DNA from: an uncultured bacterium
GTDB lineage: Bacteria; Actinomycetota; Actinomycetes; S36-B12; CAIYMF01
Direction of reading: 5' to 3'
Length of the DNA stretch: 64,000 nt
Assembly (NCBI GenBank): GCA_963978055.1
Contig: CAXBQZ010000006.1
Coordinates: forward strand, 4,204 to 68,203
How positions within the stretch are numbered: position 1 is the first letter of the stretch; each line of letters begins with the position of its first letter. A program made the position numbers and the translations under genes. This document shows, piece after piece, positions 46,419 through 55,145 of the stretch. Under the pieces are notes generated by a model. That model worked only from the letters and a program-made list of their open reading frames with translations, was not told where the DNA came from and searched no databases.

Positions 46419-46718
46419 ATGGGACAGGACGGCGAGCCGCAGGCAGGAGGGGGTGCTCGCCCCGCTGCGCTGCTGGTCACCCGAATCACACCTGCGGACG
46501 TGGGAAAGCGGGTGACCGTCCGCTACCGGATCGATGACGGTCAGCTGACGGATGTGCTGGGATACCTGCGGATCTGGCGCGACGCACAGCTGGTTGTGGA
46601 GAAGGAGTCCGGAGAACTCGTGCGAGTGAGCGAACGAGACGTCGTGGCGGCCAAGGTGATCCCGCCCAGACAACCTCGCGTCGCTGCAACCCGTCAAGAC
46701 GGGGATGCCACAAGGTGA
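46419..46718 (+). CDS. Small SH3-like protein (resembles the N-terminal domain of Rv0428c-type GNAT proteins)
   Basis: RITPADVGKRVTVRY...TDVLGYL..W...L.V....G..V.V....VVAAKVIPP; stop overlaps the next GTG (GTGA). Confidence 0.65.
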   Translation: MGQDGEPQAGGGARPAALLVTRITPADVGKRVTVRYRIDDGQLTDVLGYLRIWRDAQLVVEKESGELVRVSERDVVAAKVIPPRQPRVAATRQDGDATR

Positions 46719-47527
46719 CGTCGGAGAGCCGGGAACGGTTCGTCGCTGAGATTCAGAAGACCGATCTCGAGACCATCCACCTTGATGTGGCGCTTCTGTG
46801 CGTGGCCATCGAGGCTCAGCAGGACCCTCCAGGGCTGGCCGAGTTCCTTGACCGGGAGACCTCACGCCTCGACGCACTTGCTGATCAGGTTCCCGCTGAT
46901 GGTCGTCCAGATGTGCGACTGCGACAGGTTCTCAGTGGATTTCACGGATTAACCGCCGACTACGACCGACTCGACTCGAGCCTGCTCCCGGATGTCCTGT
47001 CACGCGGACGTGGCCTTCCAATCCTGCTGTCAGCCGTCTGGACGGAGGTTGCCCGTCGCGTTGGAATACCAGCACATGGAGTCGGCCTTCCCGGCCACTT
47101 CGTCGTGGGCATCGGCGATCCGACTGGCAGCCGCGTGCTCGTAGACCCCTGGGCTCATGGAGCCCTACTGCCCTATGACAAGGCTCGCGAACTGGTATCG
47201 GCCACAGGACGCACCCTTCGTCCAGAACACCTCGAACCACACAGCCCCGTCGATACCCTTGCCCGAGTTCTGGGCAACATCACGACTTGGGCCAGGACGC
47301 CCGAACGGGCGCGCCAGCGGTTGTGGTCCATCGAGCTGGCGCTCCTGCTGCCCAGACGGAATCTCGGTCTCACGCGCGAGTATGGCGAGGCCCTGATCGG
47401 AGTTGGGCGCTATAGCGAGGCCAGCCAAGTTCTGGAGGAGTATGCCGAACTGGTTTCAGCCGCGATGCCCCTCGAGGCCGAGAATGCTCGCCGAACCGCA
47501 CAGCACGTGCGGTCACGCCTGAACTAG
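46715..47527 (+). CDS. SirB1-family / transglutaminase-like protein with TPR tail
   Basis: DSSLLPDVLSRGRGLPILLS, GVGLPGHFVV, VDPW, LARVLGNI, TPR-like C-terminus. Confidence 0.82.
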   Translation: MTSESRERFVAEIQKTDLETIHLDVALLCVAIEAQQDPPGLAEFLDRETSRLDALADQVPADGRPDVRLRQVLSGFHGLTADYDRLDSSLLPDVLSRGRGLPILLSAVWTEVARRVGIPAHGVGLPGHFVVGIGDPTGSRVLVDPWAHGALLPYDKARELVSATGRTLRPEHLEPHSPVDTLARVLGNITTWARTPERARQRLWSIELALLLPRRNLGLTREYGEALIGVGRYSEASQVLEEYAELVSAAMPLEAENARRTAQHVRSRLN

Positions 47528-47541
47528 GACCGTCCGTTCAC

Positions 47542-49380
47542 CTAGGACTTGGTCGCCGACGGCTTGGGCGTGGGCTGCGGTGATGGCTTGGATGACGGTG
47601 AGCTCGAAGGTGAAGGCTTCGGACCACCCGACGGTGTTCCACCACCGGACGGCGTCGGCTTGGGCTTGCTCGGATCTGCGAAGCAGTTCACCACCGGGCT
47701 CGGGTTGTAGTGCGTGGTGATCTTCTCGCGGTGATCCTCCTTGCCAGCCTTGTAGAAGACGCGGTAGACGTCGATGGAGAAGCCTTCCTGCCCACCCTGT
47801 GGATGACAGGTGGACGACGTGTCATAAAGCGTCGTGTACGGCGACACGTCATAGCGAGGGCCGGAGACCGCTTCGATTTTGCTGTAGACCTTCGTACCCC
47901 ACATTGACACAGTGATCGACTGATCCGTGATTCCCGCAGTAATGAAGACTGCATGTGGAGTGTCGTTCTTGAACGACATGTCGAACTCGCCCCAGGCTAC
48001 GGTTGCCTCGAGGCCCGCTCGGTAGCGAGGAATCCAGATCGAGTGGGCCTGAACGTGAACGCGTGCCAACCCGGCGTAGAAAGCAGCGGTCCAGGTTGCC
48101 GTGGCAGAGGTGGAAACACCGCCACCGAGGTCTTCTTTGAACACACCACCAGGACCGATGACATACCCCAAGGTGTATCCGTTGGCCACCGTACGCTCAT
48201 GAATGGTGTTGTTGAGGGAGAACACCTCACCGGGCTTCAGCAGAGTGCCGTTGATGTACTTGGCAGCCTGTCCGATGTTCTGGACTCGATAAGCGGCGTA
48301 CGGGAAGTGCTGGGTGAAGGTCGACATCTGCTCGGTCACACCCAGAGACTTGGCTTCTTCAGTAGTCACCATCGGCTCGATAGTCCCGATCCGCGCGTCA
48401 ATGTGACGGGACGCCACGTCCGTCAGTCCGAGCACCTTGGCTACATCAGCAGCCAGATCCTGGGCGTTCACCCCTCGCCCCACCTTCGCGGGTACCACAA
48501 CCGGAGTTCCTGATGAGACATCAAAGGTGGCATCCCGGCCCGGCTTCTCGATCGAGGAGAACGCTGGGGCAATCGCTGCCCGCAGAACATCGCCATCGAG
48601 GGTTGGGACGAGTTTCGTGTCCTTCGCCGCGTACGTGAGGGCAGCTGCGATGGCCGACTCAGGAATCGACGCGGTGATACCCGAGGCCGTCACGGAAACA
48701 GGCCCTGACACAGCAGTGGTTGCATCGGCCAAGGTGGCGTGGGCAGAGTCATCGGAAACGGTCGGCCGTTGGGTGACGAAGGGGAGCGTCACGGGATCCT
48801 GCGTGTGCAGATATGCACTCTGCAACGATTGGCTGGCTGCCTTCTGGTCGAGAACAGTTCCATCCTTGCCGGCCACCACCGATGGCGTCATCCCCTTGAA
48901 GATGATTCTTGGCTCACGGGCTGGGGTGTCCGAATCCCCGGCGATGCCCTTGATGGTCGAGGTCATCTTGGTCTGATCGACGTTTATTACCGGTGGGATG
49001 GATACCCCGCCGGTGAACTGGCCAATCAAAGTGAGTGGATTCCACGTCCGCCCAGCATATGGAGCGACGGTGGCAGCGGCATCAAACGAGAGTCCGGCCT
49101 GAGCGGGCGAGATGCTGAGGTGCTTACCGGCTGCGGTTGCCTCGATCGGCTCACGGGATGCGGGTCCGAGCGCCTTCTCGAGAGTGGCAACAGCCTGCTC
49201 TTGAGACTGTCCACCCACATCGACACCGAGCACCGAGGCATTGCGAGGCACGCCACTACCACTCGCGAGGATCAGGACTCCGTAGACAAACGCCAGAACA
49301 ACGACGATTCCGGCGAAGATGACGCCCGCACGTCCTCCCCCGGCGTCGTTGGAGTTGCCCTTCTCCGGTGTTGACATCAC
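47542..49380 (-). CDS. VanW-family protein (membrane-anchored, putative PG-binding repeats)
   Basis: N-terminal TM, GVDVGG, R..NI..AA..ING..L.PGEVFSLN, GGGVSTSAT, HS..I.RY..GLEATV, F.NDT; Pro/Ser/Lys tail. Confidence 0.88.
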   Translation of the reverse strand: MMSTPEKGNSNDAGGGRAGVIFAGIVVVLAFVYGVLILASGSGVPRNASVLGVDVGGQSQEQAVATLEKALGPASREPIEATAAGKHLSISPAQAGLSFDAAATVAPYAGRTWNPLTLIGQFTGGVSIPPVINVDQTKMTSTIKGIAGDSDTPAREPRIIFKGMTPSVVAGKDGTVLDQKAASQSLQSAYLHTQDPVTLPFVTQRPTVSDDSAHATLADATTAVSGPVSVTASGITASIPESAIAAALTYAAKDTKLVPTLDGDVLRAAIAPAFSSIEKPGRDATFDVSSGTPVVVPAKVGRGVNAQDLAADVAKVLGLTDVASRHIDARIGTIEPMVTTEEAKSLGVTEQMSTFTQHFPYAAYRVQNIGQAAKYINGTLLKPGEVFSLNNTIHERTVANGYTLGYVIGPGGVFKEDLGGGVSTSATATWTAAFYAGLARVHVQAHSIWIPRYRAGLEATVAWGEFDMSFKNDTPHAVFITAGITDQSITVSMWGTKVYSKIEAVSGPRYDVSPYTTLYDTSSTCHPQGGQEGFSIDVYRVFYKAGKEDHREKITTHYNPSPVVNCFADPSKPKPTPSGGGTPSGGPKPSPSSSPSSKPSPQPTPKPSATKS

Positions 49381-49441
49381 AGCAATGAATCCTGATATCT
49401 AGTGGGACAACGACTATCGGCACACACGCCGATCCTGCGGA

Positions 49442-49870
49442 TCAGCCTACGTGCCCCTCACCTGTGACAACGTCATCGACACTCACCAGAGTTCCCCGCG
49501 TTGGGGTATCCGTCACGAATGGCAGCCAGGTGGCGAGCAGACACACCACGAATCCGCCCACGAGGTAGCCGTAGGTGCGGGTGATGTCCGGCAGGATTAC
49601 GTCCCCACCGGGAGACAGGGCTGTGTACGCAAGCGTCACCAGAATCCAGCCGATGGTCACGAGCGCACCCGCCACCTTCGAACGCATCCAGTAGCTCGCT
49701 CCGCGTACGCACACGCCGAGGGTGATCACGACCAGAATGACGCCCCAGGGAATCGTCACCCCGTGGATGGTCGTGCGCAGCGAAGCGGCGGGAGCGCCGA
49801 ACAGCCCGATGAGCGCACCACCCACGAGCACCGCGATCCCGCTGGAGACCTGCCCATCCTGCTTGGCCAT
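49442..49870 (-). CDS. DUF6113-like membrane protein
   Basis: Four hydrophobic segments with GW and PGGDVIL; near mshB as in related actinobacteria. Confidence 0.7.
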   Translation of the reverse strand: MAKQDGQVSSGIAVLVGGALIGLFGAPAASLRTTIHGVTIPWGVILVVITLGVCVRGASYWMRSKVAGALVTIGWILVTLAYTALSPGGDVILPDITRTYGYLVGGFVVCLLATWLPFVTDTPTRGTLVSVDDVVTGEGHVG

Positions 49871-49879
49871 GTGCCAAGA

Positions 49880-51895
49880 CTACGGCGTGCTCAGCCCATC
49901 TCGGACCGATGGTTCGTCACGGAGATCAACCTCGGTCACCCGCGCACCGGCCTCTTGCAGCACATCGGTGATCTCGCGGCCGATCAACTCATGCCGCTCC
50001 ATCAGTGCATCCCGCAGAGCCATGACGAGGTGACGGTTCTGATCAAGCAGGGCCCTGGTATGGAGCTTCTGCTCCTGAAGAATCTTCTCGACCCGCTCAC
50101 GTCCATCCGCATCGGCGAGAACCCGCCCGACGATGTTGGTGTCGGAGAGCGCACTGCCCTGAATTGCCGAGAAGGAGATCAGGGTGTCGGTCATCCCCGC
50201 AGCACCCACCATCTGCGCGGCCACATTAGTCGCGTAAAGAAGATCGCCAGCAGGTCCGGTGGAGATATCACCGAAGAAGAGCTCCTCGGCGGCCTGTCCA
50301 CCCATGGCGATCTGGATCAACGCGAGCATCTCAGACTTCGACCTCGTGAACACATCTGCTGCGTCGCCATGGGCCAGCATTCCCAGTGCATCTCGACGCT
50401 TCACGATCGTCAGCACCTCGAGTCGACGCTCGGGCGCGACGAGCCAGGCGGTTACTGCATGGCCCGCCTCATGCGTGGCGATGAGCCTCTGCTCATGGGC
50501 GGTATACGCAACGGGCTGGCCCATACCGACTTCCTCCACCAGGCGAGCGCGCTCGACATCCTGACGGGTCATAGCGGTATCACCACGACGCACGGCATTG
50601 ACCAGACCCTCGTCGAACAGATGCTCGATCATGACCGGGGTGTAGCCCTGGGTGATGGCGGCGAGACCATCACGTGCATCCTCATCATCGAGATCGAGAT
50701 GATGGGCCTTGCGCTCGAGAAAGAAGTCGATGAGCTCGCGACGACCCGCACGAGTCGGCGGTTCGAAAGTGAGCCTGCGATCGAAGCGTCCCGGACGCAG
50801 CAGCGCGGGATCCAGATTGTCGGCGCGGTTCGTCGCTGCGATCACGAGGACGTTCGTTGTCGGTGGTACCGGCCGCGGGATCTGGTGATCCGCCGGCAGG
50901 AACAGGTTCACCTTGTCGATCGCACTCATCCGCAGCTTCTGAAGCCCGGTCGGCTCATCAAATGACTGCAGCTGGATCAGCAGTTCATTGACAACACCGC
51001 CAACACCTTCGCTCGTCATCGAGGATTGGTTGCGCTGCAGGCCCCCGACAGCACCGGCGGCTGGCTGGGCGTAGTTCGCGGGAAGTCCCGTCAGGCCACC
51101 ACAGCACATCAGTTGTGAAGTCATGGCATTGGACGGCAGAGCCGACATGCTCAATCCACCACGAGCCATCGCGATCGCATCGATCTCCTCGATGAACCCG
51201 ATGGCACCACCTTCCTGACGGGCGGCCTTGCGAAGTGCCTTGAAGTACGACCGGATCTTGCGGGCGGTCGCTCCGTAGTACATGGACTGAAAGGAGGTGG
51301 CGGATACGAACAGGAACGGAACCCCTGCCTCACGGGCCATGGCCTTGGCCAGATGGGTCTTACCCGTTCCGGGAGCCCCTTCGAAGAGCAGGCCTCGGCG
51401 GGGGGTGCCACCCATCTCGTTGGCAAATGCCTTGTGCGCGAGGAAAAGGTTGAGGGAGCGCACGACATCGTCCTTGACTCCGTCGATCCCCTTAACGGAG
51501 TCGAGCGTGACGTCGATCTGCTCGGGACGGTAGGTGACATGCGGTGATCGCCCTGCCCCCATCGTGGTACCCAGCAGGACGGCGATGAGCGAGACGAAGA
51601 ACAGCACTGGCATCAAGATCATGACGTCGATCTGCGGCCAGGTGATGTTGAAGATGTCAAAGGGGTTGCCAGAGAGCAGCCGTGCCCACAGGTAACTGGC
51701 AGGTATCAGGAGAAGCCCGCTCAGGGCGGCAAGGCGGCGACGACGTGAGCGCTCACGGGACTGTCCGACGTCAGCCTGATTGGCGTCGAGTTGGGAGTCA
51801 CCTGCGCGGGTGAGCAGAGACCCCGCCACCGGAGCAGCAGTATCTGCGGGTGCACTCAGTGATACCTGAGTCGCCCGGTCCGATGATCGCCACAT
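49880..51895 (-). CDS. Atypical FtsH-like AAA+ ATPase / M41 metalloprotease
   Basis: Two close TM segments, Walker A GAPGTGKT, Walker B FIEEID, SRH AATNRADNLDPALLRPGRFDR, HEAGH zinc motif. Start ATG 51895 (alternative GTG 51976). Confidence 0.85.
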   Translation of the reverse strand: MWRSSDRATQVSLSAPADTAAPVAGSLLTRAGDSQLDANQADVGQSRERSRRRRLAALSGLLLIPASYLWARLLSGNPFDIFNITWPQIDVMILMPVLFFVSLIAVLLGTTMGAGRSPHVTYRPEQIDVTLDSVKGIDGVKDDVVRSLNLFLAHKAFANEMGGTPRRGLLFEGAPGTGKTHLAKAMAREAGVPFLFVSATSFQSMYYGATARKIRSYFKALRKAARQEGGAIGFIEEIDAIAMARGGLSMSALPSNAMTSQLMCCGGLTGLPANYAQPAAGAVGGLQRNQSSMTSEGVGGVVNELLIQLQSFDEPTGLQKLRMSAIDKVNLFLPADHQIPRPVPPTTNVLVIAATNRADNLDPALLRPGRFDRRLTFEPPTRAGRRELIDFFLERKAHHLDLDDEDARDGLAAITQGYTPVMIEHLFDEGLVNAVRRGDTAMTRQDVERARLVEEVGMGQPVAYTAHEQRLIATHEAGHAVTAWLVAPERRLEVLTIVKRRDALGMLAHGDAADVFTRSKSEMLALIQIAMGGQAAEELFFGDISTGPAGDLLYATNVAAQMVGAAGMTDTLISFSAIQGSALSDTNIVGRVLADADGRERVEKILQEQKLHTRALLDQNRHLVMALRDALMERHELIGREITDVLQEAGARVTEVDLRDEPSVRDGLSTP

Positions 51896-51982
51896 GAAGC
51901 CCCCTGAGATGTGCACCGAGGAGCCAACCCCCGACTCGCACCATCCTGCGGGAAAAGTCAATGGAAATGTGCTCACGTAGGC

Positions 51983-52075
51983 CTAGATCACCCCGCCGGC
52001 GTACTGAATTGAGGCTGCGCAGAACCTCAGGAGCGCTGCAGTGGACGCGGCTGTCAGGCGCTCATTGAGCCCCAT
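51983..52075 (-). CDS. Candidate 30-aa ORF between mshB and the FtsH-like gene
   Basis: MGLNERLTAASTAALLRFCAASIQYAGGVI; 22 of 29 non-start codons end in G/C; fills the intergenic space; no clear RBS. Confidence 0.35.
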   Translation of the reverse strand: MGLNERLTAASTAALLRFCAASIQYAGGVI

Positions 52076-52101
52076 AATCTGCTGCTGCAGCTGACCGAGG
52101 G

Positions 52102-52992
52102 TCAGATTACGCCCGCAAACAGATCGGTCTCACGACCCTGTTCATCCCGGTCGCCGGTGGCGGCACCTCGAACAAGGCGGTAGTACTCGACCCCGAGGGC
52201 ACGGGACCCCAGATTGTTGGACAGGGCAAAGAAGCCGTCCTCCACGCTGATCTGGGTGGCGTGCTCACGCATTGCCGCCAGTTTGTTGTCGACGAAGTCC
52301 TCGGCGTAGATCGCGGTCGTCACCAGTTCATCGGCACAGGCGAACGGCAGATCGTCCGGATCCATTGCGGCGAAGCCCTCACTCTCACCAGCAGCCTTCA
52401 TTGCCTCGATTCCAGCCCTCATCACCGACTTGGGGAAGGCGATCCAGTAGATCTTCGGCACATCCCAGCCTTCACCCAGATCGGGTCGGAAGGTGCTCGA
52501 GGCGGCCAGGGTGACAGCGTAATGGGCGACTCGATGGGCCTGGATGTGATCGGGGTGACCGTAACCGCCGAAATCGTCATAGGTGACAAGTACCTGAGGG
52601 CGCGTCTCGCGGATCACCGATACCAGATCGATAGCAGCGGTCAGCAGGTCTGCACGCCAGAAGCAGGTGGGGTCGTCATTGTCCGGGGTGCCGATCATTC
52701 CCGAATCGCGATACCGGCCTGCACCACCGAGAAGTCGGTGGTCGGTCACTCCCAGACGCGCCATCGCATTGGCAAGCTCGATCTCCCGATGCTCACCGAG
52801 CGAGTCCTCAAGATGTGCGGCCCGATGGGCATGTTCGTCACCGATGATCTCGCCCTCCTCGCCGAGTGTGCAGGTGACGAGAGTGACGGCCGCACCCTCC
52901 GCAACGTACTTGGCCATGGTGGCACCGGATCCGATGGTCTCATCATCAGGATGGGCGTGGACGAGGAGCAGGCGGCGATCGGGAGTAGTCAC
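52102..52992 (-). CDS. mshB: GlcNAc-Ins deacetylase (mycothiol biosynthesis)
   Basis: [47 protein letters not shown]. Confidence 0.93.
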   Translation of the reverse strand: MTTPDRRLLLVHAHPDDETIGSGATMAKYVAEGAAVTLVTCTLGEEGEIIGDEHAHRAAHLEDSLGEHREIELANAMARLGVTDHRLLGGAGRYRDSGMIGTPDNDDPTCFWRADLLTAAIDLVSVIRETRPQVLVTYDDFGGYGHPDHIQAHRVAHYAVTLAASSTFRPDLGEGWDVPKIYWIAFPKSVMRAGIEAMKAAGESEGFAAMDPDDLPFACADELVTTAIYAEDFVDNKLAAMREHATQISVEDGFFALSNNLGSRALGVEYYRLVRGAATGDRDEQGRETDLFAGVI

Positions 52993-53026
52993 GTACAGAG
53001 CCTAATGTGTCTGACAGACTCACACC

Positions 53027-55141
53027 ATGAACCCTGAATCCACGACCCCGGCAAGTAGCGAATCCTTCCCGCGTCATTCGGCGCGCACCAGGAGATTCAC
53101 TGCAGGAGCACCTCGACTGTTCAGCATCTCCGGTGATGGTTCCCGGGTGCTCTACGTACGGTCGAACTCCGGAACAGATGCTGTAGGTCGCCTGTGGTGT
53201 ACGGACGTCAACTCCGGGCAGGAGACGCTTATCGCAGATCCCACCGCACTGCACGAGGGTGAGGAGGAGTTGTCCGTTGAAGAACGGGCCCGCCGCGAGC
53301 GGATGCGTGAGGGCAATGCCGGCATCGTCGGCTACTCCGTTGATGATGAGTTCTCAATCGGTACGTTCACCCTCTCGGGAGGGCTGTACGTCATAGATCT
53401 GAACAATGGCGGCCCTGTCCGTGAGATCAATGCCTTAGGCCCAGTGATTGATCCGCGTATGTCACCTGACGGCGCACATATCGGCTACGCCGCACAGGGG
53501 GCTCTGCGAGTGGTGGGTTCAGACGGGTCCGATGATCGCGCGCTGGTTACCGGCCGCAACGACAACGAGTTCGCGGGACTCGTGGACTTTGCCGCGGCCG
53601 AGGAGCTCGAGCGGAGCCGGGGATTCTGGTGGTCACCAGACTCAACCCAGCTGCTCGTGGAGAGGGTGGACGAGAGTGCAGTTCAGCAGTGGTGGATTGC
53701 CAACCCCGTCTCGCCTGAGCAGCAGCCCAACGTCGTGCGCTACCCGAGCGCCGGCACGACGAATGCGACCGTATCCCTGGTGCTCGCCTCACTGGATGGC
53801 TCACTCACACAGGTGCAGTGGGACAACATCGGATTCGAATACCTCGTGGATGTGGCCTGGACGGAGGGTCACGATCCACTGATCCTGGTGTCGACGAGAG
53901 ATCAGACCCACATGCAGGTGCTGAGCATCAACCGAGCAACCGGTGAAACTCGACTTGAAACCCAGTGGCATGATCCGCAGTGGATCGATGCCGCCCCGGG
54001 AGCAACCACCTGGCTCCCCGATGGCCGCCTGCTCACCCTGCGGGCGGATCGAGAGTCAGATACCTACCGGCTCCATGCCGGGGATGGGTGGCTCAGCCCA
54101 GCAGGTTTGCAGATCCGCGATGTGGTGAGCGTGGATGAATCCGGAATCGTGGTGAGCAGTGCACCCGATCCCATGTCGACCACGCTGGTACGCATTGGAC
54201 TTGACGGCAGCACCACCCCCATCGGCCCGTCAACGGGCTGGATCATCGGGCGATCTGCCTCAGGCACAACCGTCATCAGTGAGCGGCAGTTCGCGACCAC
54301 CAAGGTGAGTTATCGCATAGAACGCGGTGAGGTCTCACTGCCCGTTACGTCACATGCTGAGCGGCCCGGATTCACACCCAAGGTAGAGATCATTGAATCT
54401 GGTCCGAACAAGGTGCTCACCGCAGTTCTCTTCCCCACCGGTCACGTACCCGGTTCTGCCAAACTCCCCATCCTCATGAGTCCTTACGGTGGCCCACACT
54501 TTGGTGTGGTCGTTGCCGCTGGTGCTAGCTACGGAGAAGAGCAGTGGCTTGCCGATCAGGGCTTCGTTGTCGTGATCGCGGACGGTCGCGGAACCCCCGG
54601 CCGCGGACCTGCCTGGGATCGCGAGATCTACCGGGATCTGTCCACCAAGGTTCTTGAGGATCAGGTAAGTGCGGTCGAAGCTGTCGCCGCACGTTGGCCC
54701 GATGACGTCGACACCACCCGCGTCGGCATTCGCGGCTGGTCCTTCGGCGGCTACCTCAGTGCGCTGGCGGTGCTACGGCGGCCGGACGTCTTCCACGCCG
54801 CAGTTGCTGGGGCTCCTGTGACGGAATGGCGTCTGTACGACACCGCGTACACGGAGCGATACCTCGGAAATCCAACTGAGGATCCCGCACCCTACGACTA
54901 CTGCTCTCTGAGCCATCTCGCAGGTGAACTGACTCGGCCTCTGATGTTCATCCATGGCCTGACCGACGACAACGTCGTGGTTGCTCACACCTTGGCACTT
55001 TCAGGTGCCCTCACGGTGGCGGGCAAGCCGCACTCGGTGCTTCCGCTCAGTGGCGTCACTCATATGACGCCACAGGAGGAAGTGGCCGAAAACAAACTCC
55101 TGCTCGAGTTGGACTTTCTGCGCAATGCGCTGAACCCGTGA
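53027..55141 (+). CDS. S9 family dipeptidyl peptidase IV-like
   Basis: Propeller region, YGGPH, GRGTPGRG, GWSFGG (Ser), DDNV (Asp), GVTHM (His). Confidence 0.92.
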   Translation: MNPESTTPASSESFPRHSARTRRFTAGAPRLFSISGDGSRVLYVRSNSGTDAVGRLWCTDVNSGQETLIADPTALHEGEEELSVEERARRERMREGNAGIVGYSVDDEFSIGTFTLSGGLYVIDLNNGGPVREINALGPVIDPRMSPDGAHIGYAAQGALRVVGSDGSDDRALVTGRNDNEFAGLVDFAAAEELERSRGFWWSPDSTQLLVERVDESAVQQWWIANPVSPEQQPNVVRYPSAGTTNATVSLVLASLDGSLTQVQWDNIGFEYLVDVAWTEGHDPLILVSTRDQTHMQVLSINRATGETRLETQWHDPQWIDAAPGATTWLPDGRLLTLRADRESDTYRLHAGDGWLSPAGLQIRDVVSVDESGIVVSSAPDPMSTTLVRIGLDGSTTPIGPSTGWIIGRSASGTTVISERQFATTKVSYRIERGEVSLPVTSHAERPGFTPKVEIIESGPNKVLTAVLFPTGHVPGSAKLPILMSPYGGPHFGVVVAAGASYGEEQWLADQGFVVVIADGRGTPGRGPAWDREIYRDLSTKVLEDQVSAVEAVAARWPDDVDTTRVGIRGWSFGGYLSALAVLRRPDVFHAAVAGAPVTEWRLYDTAYTERYLGNPTEDPAPYDYCSLSHLAGELTRPLMFIHGLTDDNVVVAHTLALSGALTVAGKPHSVLPLSGVTHMTPQEEVAENKLLLELDFLRNALNP

Positions 55142-55145
55142 TCGG

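Noticed and set aside
47542-49380. VanW as evidence of glycopeptide resistance
   Set aside because: There is no vanHAX/vanRS nearby, and VanW-domain proteins are widespread without resistance.
49451-50965. 504-aa plus-strand ORF
   Set aside because: It is antisense to the FtsH-like and DUF6113 genes and has no motifs. Long antisense frames are expected in high-GC3 coding DNA; the same applies to 41347..42216, 45178..45855, 52261..53037 and 62956..63660.
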